This document shows, piece after piece, positions 25,485 through 33,378 of a DNA stretch of 64,000 bases. The translations under genes and the position numbers were made by a program. The DNA comes from Callorhinchus milii (lineage: Eukaryota). Under the pieces are notes generated by a model. The model worked only from the letters and a program-made list of their open reading frames with translations, had not been told where the DNA came from and did not search any database. The stretch spans positions 2,046,001-2,110,000 of the forward strand of contig NW_024704771.1 of NCBI RefSeq assembly GCF_018977255.1. The letters are read 5' to 3'. Numbering within the stretch: position 1 is the stretch's first letter; each line of letters begins with the position of its first letter.

Positions 25485-26662
25485 TGATATACACACACCC
25501 CAAACCCTCACCCCATGATACACACACACCTAACCCTCACCCCGATACACACCCCTAACCCTCACCCCCTAACACACACCACCCTGCCCCTCACCCCGAC
25601 ACACACCCCCCTGCCCCTCACCGCGACACACACACCCCTAACCCTTACCCCGACACACATACCCCTAACCCTCACCTGATACACACACCCTTAACCCTCA
25701 CCCCGACACACACATCCCTAACCCTCACCCCCTGACACACACACCCCAAACCCTCACCCCCTGATACACACCCCTAACCCTCACCCCCTGACACACACAC
25801 CCCTAACCCTCACCCCCTGATACACACCCCTAACCCTCACCCCCTGACACACACCACCCTGCCCCTCACCCCGACACACACACCCCTAACCCTTACCCCG
25901 ACACACATACCCCTAACCCTCACCTGATACACACACCCTTAACCCTCACCCCGACACACACCCCTAACCCTCACCCCCTGACACACACACCCCAAACCCT
26001 CACCCCCTGATACACACCCCTAACCCTCACCCCCTGACACACAAACCCTAAACCTCACACCCCGACACACACACCCCTAACCTTCACCCCGAGACACATA
26101 CCCCTAACCCTCACCCCGACATACACACCCGACCCTCACCCCGACACACACACCCCTGACCCTCACCCCCTGACACACACACCCCTAACCCTCACCCCCT
26201 GACACACACACCCCTAACCCTCACCCCGACACACATCCCCTGACCCTCACCCCCTGACACACACACCCCTGACCCTCACCCCCTGACACACACACCCCTA
26301 ACCCTCACCCCCCGACACACACACCCCTAACCCTCACCCCGATACACACACCCCTGACCCTCACCCCCTGACACACACACCCCTGACCCTCACCCCGACA
26401 CACACACCTCTGACCCTCACCCCCTGACACACACAACCCTAACCCTCACCCCGACACATACACCCCTAACCCTCACCCCGACACACACACCCCAGACCCT
26501 CACCCCCTGACACACAAACCCCTGACCCTCACCCCGACACCCACACCCCTGACCCTCACCCCCTGACACACACACCCCTGACCCTCACCCCGACACACAC
26601 ACCCCTGACCCTCACCCCCTGACCCTCCCCCCCTGACCCTCACCCCCTGACCCTCACCCCCC
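25485..26662. repeat. Telomere-variant minisatellite (~26-28 nt: CCCTAA/CCCTGA + CCCTCA + cccc(t)ga(ca)n)
   Basis: More than 40 visible units, a ~248-nt higher-order duplication (anchor cccttaccccgacacacatac at 25642 and 25890), and a CCCTAA-to-CCCTGA gradient left to right. Confidence 0.9.
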
Positions 26663-26939
26663 GGGGCTCATGGCCACACGGCCGCCGAGTTGGGAATCTC
26701 GGTGTTGGTGTAGAAAACCCCTTTGATGTGAAACTGTTGATAGTCACAGATAATAATAATGTATTTAATGTCATTAAATACAATAAGTGATTTGATCTTC
26801 AATGGAAGGATTTCCCACTGAATATGTAATGTATATAACAGTATATGTGCCATTGCTGTTGACTATAGTGACTTTATACCATATTCTCACCAGTTGGGGC
26901 GGAGGTGTCAGAGGGACCGTCGCTCGAGCGCTTTTCTGC

Positions 26940-29881
26940 TTTTTTCGGCACTCAGACTAAGATTTTCGAACAGTATATGGTTCGGTACCTACGATTCATC
27001 ATAGTGCCGTGCCGAATCATAAACGTGCTCTTAAATTTGTAGCCTAATTGGAAGCCAAATTCGCACCTTTTTTATCCTGGAGGGCTTTAACCAGATACTA
27101 ACCGTGTCCTGGCATCGGGAGCTCCACATGGTTGTTTCCTTCCATGCTTCACCTTGTCCTGCGGGCTCCACGGTCCCCACGTCCCAAACGCTCCGTGCTT
27201 TTCCTAAATACCTTATAGGCATAATGAGTATACTCAAGCACCCGGAGAGATATTAATTCTAAGTCTCTTTTGGTCAAACCCAACTCCCCAAGGGATAAGA
27301 CAGATTTAGGGCACCATGCTCCCCTCCAATTGAGGGTTATTGAGGAGAACGTGGTGCCACTAGAATCAGGGAAGGTCTGGTTGACCCAACTCCTGATGGC
27401 GGGGGTATTATAATAGGTGACTTTATTACTATGGGCGGCATCCAGATTGGCATTGTCAGCCACTATTTGGCTGTCCAAGACCCATGTATAATGGTTCTTG
27501 TGGACTATTAAGTCCGGTTTACGTATGCCCGCTGGCGTGGGGATCGCGGGCTCCGATATTACTCGGAAGCCCCTTCTCCCCAGCTTTTGGGCTACGTACT
27601 TACAGACCTGGTCGTGTCTTCGCACACGAATGGAATGGGTGCGAAAGCACGACTGGGAGATGTGGGCTAGGGTTTCCCGGGAACTACACCCTCCGTCGCA
27701 CCAGGGATCGGCTTCACTCCTGCCCCTTGCACGGCGACTTGCCGTGGGGAGCAGGTTGCCACGGATCTGCACGCAGTCGATGTACGATCGACCGGTCAGG
27801 ACTCCCGAGCCCCCAGACACCCAATTTTGATATCCGGGGACTAAGTTGTTACTACTGAGCCCTTTCCCGTCGACAGACTGTTCGTGCAGTAACCGGGCCC
27901 AGATATTACGCGCCGACTTAGTGCAATGGAGAGTTTCGCCAGCGAAATTCCCCGCGCGTGTTCCGTCCAGAATTCGTTTCCGGAAGGAGGCGGTGTTTGT
28001 CGCCTCTCTAACTGCCGCCGAGCCGGATTGCAGTAGGTGGTTTAACCGATTGGTTGTTAGTACAGGAATGGAGGTTCTCAGGCATGGAATGCCCAGACCC
28101 CCGTCCTGTACCGCAGCATGAAAGTAACTCGTCGGCGTGTCCCTGGGCAGCCTTAACCACCTACGGACAGCCGCTCGAGTTTGCAGATCCATGGTCTTGA
28201 GGCGTTTACTTGTCCAACGTCCCAAAACTAAACGGTATTGCAATTTGGGAATAAGATGGTTGTTAAACATATAGATTCGCTGTTGTGGTTTTAGGGGAGC
28301 CCGGGACAGGTTCTGGATACCTTGTTCCAGAATCGATCCGACGGACTCACCCCTCCCCTGATGACGGAAATTTATTCCTAGATATTTAAAGTAATTTATT
28401 GCGGTTAATATATTGAGTGGCTGGTTTTTGACTGTAAATTTTTGTGTTGCATCGACGAGATAACGTTTGTGTTTCCCGTCGATGACAATAGATAACGAAT
28501 TTGATTTACTGGGATTAATTGCTAGCCCAATTTTATCCAAATTGTTGGTTACATGATTTAGGAGGGTCTGCAACCCTAAAGGTGTGGTTGCGAATAACAG
28601 GATGTCGTCCGCAAACACAACAGTCGGTATTTTGGTTTGGCCGCCCAGGCGAGCTCCGATTCCAGATGGTATAGTGTCGAGAATCTCGTCCAGGACGAGA
28701 TTGAAGAGAAACGGGGAGATTGGATCTCCCTGCCTCACCCCCCTCGTCATTGGGATCGGTTCGCCTGGGCAGCCTTTAATCGTAGTGAAGCAATTAGCAT
28801 AGGTTGATCCTATGTAATCGCTAAGGATCTTGGGGATACCCCGCAACTCCATGGCACGAAAGATCGAGCCATGGTTTACGGAATCAAACGCTTTGTGGGC
28901 ATCCAGCGAGGCGACACAGAGAGGCGACAAACTAGAGGTACTATATTGGAAAACGGAATCGAGGATGGTTGTGTTTTCTGCCGTTCCGTCACCCGAGCAG
29001 AACGCTCTTTGTGCGGAGTTAAATGGTACGCTCTGTGAGCATCTTTTTGCAATTATTCTATGAAATAGTCTAGTAACAGTGGACGAAACGGTTATGGGAC
29101 GGAATTGTCCTGCTTCGGTTGGGGACTTAACCTTGGGGATTAAGGTGGTTTGATTAGCCCTGAAGGGCAAGGGGAGGTAAGAGTAATTTAGCCATAAGTT
29201 GAACATTTTGCTCAGGTAACGGGACGGCAGAGATTTGAGGGTTCCAACGGTGATTCCGTCAGGACCGGGAGAGGAAACTGATATACTACGGACGCAGGTG
29301 CGGACCTCCTCCTCTCTAATCGGGAGCACAAGCTCCCAAATAGTGCGTTGGGGGTCCACAGGCCTGTCGTCAGAACAGGAGGGTTTATTAAAAATCTTAG
29401 CCCAATAACTGTAGGTGTCAGTGGGAAGGGACGAGGAAGTTTCCTCGGACCATGTCCCGTCCAGGCACATCTGGGCACATTTTCTACGGTTTTTTCTATA
29501 AATGTTTTGGATTCGTGCGTAGGCTTTCCGCCTAGCAGCCCTTTTCGCTCCGCTAGGCTTTTTATTGGGTTGAATTGGTTTATTACTGGCGGGGGGCCTC
29601 CCGCCCCCAACCTTCGGAATGCCTGGTGCGGCCAACCTGATTAGCTGCTCCGCATGTTTATTTAATAAAGACGTAATTATAGAGTGGGAATAAAGCCCAA
29701 TACACTTAATAATTTGGTTAACAGTTTCCTCTCCAGGGTCACCATTGCCCGGGGGTAGAGACCTTACATAATCAATGATTCCTTGACGGTGGTTCTCAGT
29801 GGCGTTCATGTCGACACTGGGACTCACCGTGTCAGGGATCGGGGGAGTTAAAGGGGTTTTTGGGGCAATGGGAACGAATCG
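26940..29881 (-). mobile_element. 5'-truncated R2-clade (RLE) non-LTR retrotransposon inserted outside rDNA
   Basis: R2-type ORF; ~200-nt 3' UTR ending ...GTGCCGAAAAAA on the minus strand (putative end); no 28S target sequence on either side; boundaries inferred from an imperfect direct repeat GCGCTT(TT)CTG at 26928-26938 and 29882-29890. Confidence 0.8.
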
Positions 29882-30055
29882 GCGCTTCTGGAATGTTCCC
29901 GCCCACCCCCCGCGCATGCGCACCTTCCCGAGTCTGGTCCCCGGCGGGAAAGCGCGGGACCGAGTGACGGTTGGAGACGGGACACAGCGCGCACGCGCGG
30001 GAAGGAGGGGCCGCGCGAGACGGAGACGGCGGGAACAGTGCGCATGTGCCGACAC
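27149..30055 (-). CDS. Uninterrupted ORF (968 aa; 886 aa from Met83 at 29809) encoding R2-like RT, CCHC knuckle and restriction-like endonuclease; no N-terminal zinc finger or Myb domain
   Basis: RKAYARIQNIYRKNRRKC, SPGPDG, FRPITV, LDAHKAFDSVNH, RGVRQGDPISPFLFN, FADD, YLG, APLKPQQR, RRWLRLP, GGLGIP, CDGGCSSRETLAHISQSC, RHD, RKPDLI...VLD...KVTYY. Confidence 0.9.
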   Translation of the reverse strand: MSAHAHCSRRLRLARPLLPARARCVPSPTVTRSRAFPPGTRLGKVRMRGGWAGTFQKRRFVPIAPKTPLTPPIPDTVSPSVDMNATENHRQGIIDYVRSLPPGNGDPGEETVNQIIKCIGLYSHSIITSLLNKHAEQLIRLAAPGIPKVGGGRPPASNKPIQPNKKPSGAKRAARRKAYARIQNIYRKNRRKCAQMCLDGTWSEETSSSLPTDTYSYWAKIFNKPSCSDDRPVDPQRTIWELVLPIREEEVRTCVRSISVSSPGPDGITVGTLKSLPSRYLSKMFNLWLNYSYLPLPFRANQTTLIPKVKSPTEAGQFRPITVSSTVTRLFHRIIAKRCSQSVPFNSAQRAFCSGDGTAENTTILDSVFQYSTSSLSPLCVASLDAHKAFDSVNHGSIFRAMELRGIPKILSDYIGSTYANCFTTIKGCPGEPIPMTRGVRQGDPISPFLFNLVLDEILDTIPSGIGARLGGQTKIPTVVFADDILLFATTPLGLQTLLNHVTNNLDKIGLAINPSKSNSLSIVIDGKHKRYLVDATQKFTVKNQPLNILTAINYFKYLGINFRHQGRGESVGSILEQGIQNLSRAPLKPQQRIYMFNNHLIPKLQYRLVLGRWTSKRLKTMDLQTRAAVRRWLRLPRDTPTSYFHAAVQDGGLGIPCLRTSIPVLTTNRLNHLLQSGSAAVREATNTASFRKRILDGTRAGNFAGETLHCTKSARNIWARLLHEQSVDGKGLSSNNLVPGYQNWVSGGSGVLTGRSYIDCVQIRGNLLPTASRRARGRSEADPWCDGGCSSRETLAHISQSCFRTHSIRVRRHDQVCKYVAQKLGRRGFRVISEPAIPTPAGIRKPDLIVHKNHYTWVLDSQIVADNANLDAAHSNKVTYYNTPAIRSWVNQTFPDSSGTTFSSITLNWRGAWCPKSVLSLGELGLTKRDLELISLRVLEYTHYAYKVFRKSTERLGRGDRGARRTR

Positions 30056-30300
30056 CGCGTGACAGCGCTTTGGGCGTCAGGACCCGAGAAGAGCGCGAGA
30101 GTCGGTAAGTGAGGAGCGGAGGACCGACCCCGCGCTCCCCCCCCGGACCCCAACACACACACACACAGTGACCGCACACCGACACCACACACTCCACACA
30201 CCGGTGGGAGCCGCTGAAGGCGGGAAACGGGGAAGAGAAGCCGCACAAAGGCTGTGGCACAACTCCACACACGCACTGTCCCATCGTTGGTCACTGCCGC
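29882..30300. promoter_or_regulatory. CpG-island promoter with HSE, E2F-like and NRF1 motifs and a + strand splice donor
   Basis: Perfect 3-unit HSE cTTCtgGAAtgTTCc 29885-29899; TTCCCGCC/GGCGGGAAA; GCGCATGCGC 29912-29921 and TGCGCATGTGC 30039-30049; CG|GTAAGT donor at 30105; very CpG-dense compared with the rest of the window. Confidence 0.7.
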
Positions 30301-30479
30301 TTATTAGGAGCCGCGGTCCTGGCGGTCATTTCAGGCTGAAGGCCTTCAGAGTAACCGAAGCTTTCCCGTTGCTCCTTCCTATCAAACACAAAGGTTGTTA
30401 TTGTGTTACCGCCCGCACCCACTTCAGAGAGGGGGTGGTGTTTGCCAGCAGTCGGCATCGCACCTGTGCTTCCTTCCCA

Positions 30480-31135
30480 CCGCACATCGATTCCCTGACC
30501 AGATCGCCGATATCCACCTCTGCCACATCGCCCTCCTCCATCTGTACCGCACATCTGACGCAGCTGAGTCCCTCCTCCACACCTTCATCACTTCCAAGCG
30601 GGTCTATTCTAATGGCCCTCTGATCTGCCCAACTCCACCGTACACACATACCATTTATTCAGACTCCCCTTCCCAGATACTCACCCCCACGAAACTCTGT
30701 ACCACACCAGTCCTCGCCAGGATCCACTGGCTCCCAACCACCGAATGGATTGATTTCAAGATCCTCTCATTTGTTTTCAAATAATTTCATTCCCGTGCAC
30801 TTCCCCACCTATCTGACCTGCTTACCCCACATTCCACCACCCACTGCCTTCGCTCGGCTGTCTCCAACCTATCTGTCCCATCGTGCGCTCCGTTCCCCCA
30901 TCAATGGCCGTGCCTTCAACCACTAGACTCTGGAACTCTCTCCCTCCATCCCTCCACCAGGCTCCCTCCCTCCCTCCCTCCCCACCTTGAAATCCCCCAC
31001 CTAAAAACGTTTCTTTTTGATCTTACTTTTGGTCACCTCCCCTCTCCCTTTCCCCCTGGCTCATTGTCAGACCCCGCCACTGTGCAGTGCTCTGGGATGC
31101 TGCACCGCATGAAGGTCACTACATCGAGTTGTTCT
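30480..31135 (+). mobile_element. L2 LINE 3' fragment
   Basis: HLCHIALLHL...ESLLHTFITSK...PVLARIHWLP...DFKIL, then an L2 tail. Confidence 0.8.
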
Positions 31136-31559
31136 TGTGCATATGTATTTGTACGCTGTGTGGAATCTGGGAGGAAATATAGGTATCAGCTCATCATCCT
31201 GTAGATACAGGCTGACAGAGCGGGGACACAGTATAACTGCCTGTAAATAAAGTGCGTTGAAACAGGAATTGTGAACTTGTTATGTTTACAATAGATTACA
31301 TTCTGTTTTTAAAAATTCAGTTTCTTTGACAACATCAAGTGCTGTTTTAATAGACCTAGGTTTTTGATTCAACCTTGATCATATAGAGATGGTCACGGTG
31401 TTGTTAATACCTGCACCTATGTCCTCCCCCATTCCAGGCTGCGCCAACCTATCAATCTATCTCAGCTCAGCTCCCTGGCTCCCCACCCCCAGCTGATTGA
31501 GTTCCAGATCATGGTTTCACCTCAGTCTCTCCCCTCCCAACCTCAGCAATCTCCTTCAA

Positions 31560-31885
31560 CCATACAGATCTGTTACACATTAACCTGGAAATCAATCACG
31601 TGGGACGTTTTCTGTGGATTGAAGATTATTCCAGGGAAACGTGAGGGTGTAACCAGGGTCTCAGAGCAGGAATGTTAGTTACTGACAGCAAGTGATGAGC
31701 AACAATCAACATTAATGGTGAAAATCGCAGGACTTTTCCCACTCTAAATTGTTGGGAATATTTGAACTGCCCTTTCCCTGTTTGTGTGCCTGTAATGCGA
31801 TTCCCACAGAAACCGAAAGCAGGATTAGACTCTGGACATCACTATCCCGAACACACTTTTCATTTTCGATGCAAAACCTAAATAG
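31560..31885 (+). promoter_or_regulatory. Upstream regulatory block and non-coding exon of BTN gene 1
   Basis: kB-like motifs (gggacgttttc 31602, ggacttttccc 31730), ISRE core GAAACCGAAAG 31809-31819, donor ag|gtaagt at 31886; paralogous block at ~48500-48700 and donor at 49198. Confidence 0.55.
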
Positions 31886-32456
31886 GTAAGTGTCAGAAAT
31901 TGTTTCCTGAAATGAACTATTATTTTAGCATCAAAATAATGACTTAACTTTACTCTTATTTCAGTTATAAAGTTCACTGGTTTCAGTTTTATGTGTGGTG
32001 TGGAGTTTAATTCTATACCAATAAAAACAAAATGTCTGTCTGTGTATCCACCAAGAACACAATAAATGATTGACGTAGAGACATGATTTATACCTCATTG
32101 CAAAGTTCTTGCAAGGGGGAGTGTCATTGCATATTTTTTGGAGGGAACTCCTATCATTGATCTATATTGAAAAATGCTTTAATTAACCCGCAAAATAAGT
32201 ATTCTGCAACAAAATAGCGACAAGAAATCATACAGCCTTCTAGAGAAATACATCTATGTATCCTAATGAAGGCAAAACGTCTGTCTGTAGTAACAATAAT
32301 AATAATAATGTCTATCTGTCTGCCAATAACGCATTGATATGGAGACAAGATTTGTACCTCATCAGAAAGGTCTTGCATGGGGGAATGTCATGGGTATATT
32401 TTTGGGGGCATCTCCTATCGTTGATGAGCTATGACCTAAACAACCACACCAAGTGC

Positions 32457-32755
32457 GGAGTCCTGTAGCTCAGTGGTTAGAGCACTCATTTTGCAAGTGA
32501 GAGAGTTGGGTTCAATTCCCGGCAGAGTGAAACCTTGGGCAAGTTTCCTTACTCCACACGCCTGATAATAATCCCTCAAGAAAAAAATAATAATAAATTG
32601 GTCATTTTCAATCCACTACTGTTTGTGGGACACTGCTGTGCGCAATTGGCTGCTGCATTTCGCTCACAAATACATACAATCAATTCATTTTACAGTCTAT
32701 TCTGTGAAGCGCTTTGAGACGTCTAGAAGACGTGAAATGTAAGGATTATTATTAT
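32457..32755 (+). mobile_element. Full-length family A SINE
   Basis: Head, body and tail as at 2651. Confidence 0.85.
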
Positions 32756-33378
32756 CACAGATGTATGGCAGTTTTGCTTAAGGTGTACATACAGTGTTTA
32801 TGGCATTTCAAATGTGATGGTAACGCTGAAATCTGCATTCCATATTGGATCCTTTGGTTACCAGCAAAGCTGCAACAGGTACAGATAGTGTGAAATAAAT
32901 GTTCTCTATTGTCAGGTTTGTGTCAATAGTACAATGGGAGCTCTGCAGTCAGTTTATTTCCAATTTGTTGTTTAAATGCTGAGAATTAGAGGCAAGTGAG
33001 GAGGGAAGGGAATGGGAGCTCCTCTCTGACCTGCACCTTGTTGGGGTGAATAAGGAGCGGCTATGAGGAGAGGGAGGGCAGGAGCACATTACAGCAGTTA
33101 CACATAACATGTTTCTTCCCCAAACCACCTCATGGAGACCCCCAGTGCAGGGCCAGGGGGGGCCTCACTATCACAGTTAAAGATCCCACATCACTATTCC
33201 AACAGAGAAGGCAGTTTGTTCTGCTGTGTGTGTAAATGCAAAGAACATGTTGGAAATCAAATAATTATTAATTATGTTTTATATTTTATTAATTATATTT
33301 GATCACAAATCTCTGTGTGTAATGATCTGATTTGCTGTGTTGTAACCAGTTGTGATCTCATTGTGAAGGTCCGAGAGG

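Noticed and set aside
25485-26662. Repeat arrays next to a reverse transcriptase could suggest a CRISPR- or retron-like system
   Set aside because: Eukaryotic context; the units are contiguous degenerate minisatellites with no unique spacers and no cas genes.
26760-26782. Perfect 11-bp inverted repeat TGTATTTAATG-T-CATTAAATACA
   Set aside because: AT-rich, single occurrence and no associated feature; plausible by chance or local slippage.
29896-29903. GGCGGGA upstream of the insertion (element orientation) resembles the 28S motif read by R2 ZF/Myb
   Set aside because: It sits about 7-13 nt from the inferred nick rather than 22-28 nt, and is equally explained as an E2F site in a GC-rich island.
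26662-30480. 28S rRNA fragments flanking the R2 element
   Set aside because: Looked on both sides; no TAGCCAAATGCC or GACTCTCTTAAGG. The TGGCCATGAGCC word near 26670 is only a weak partial match and lies ~270 nt from the putative 3' end.
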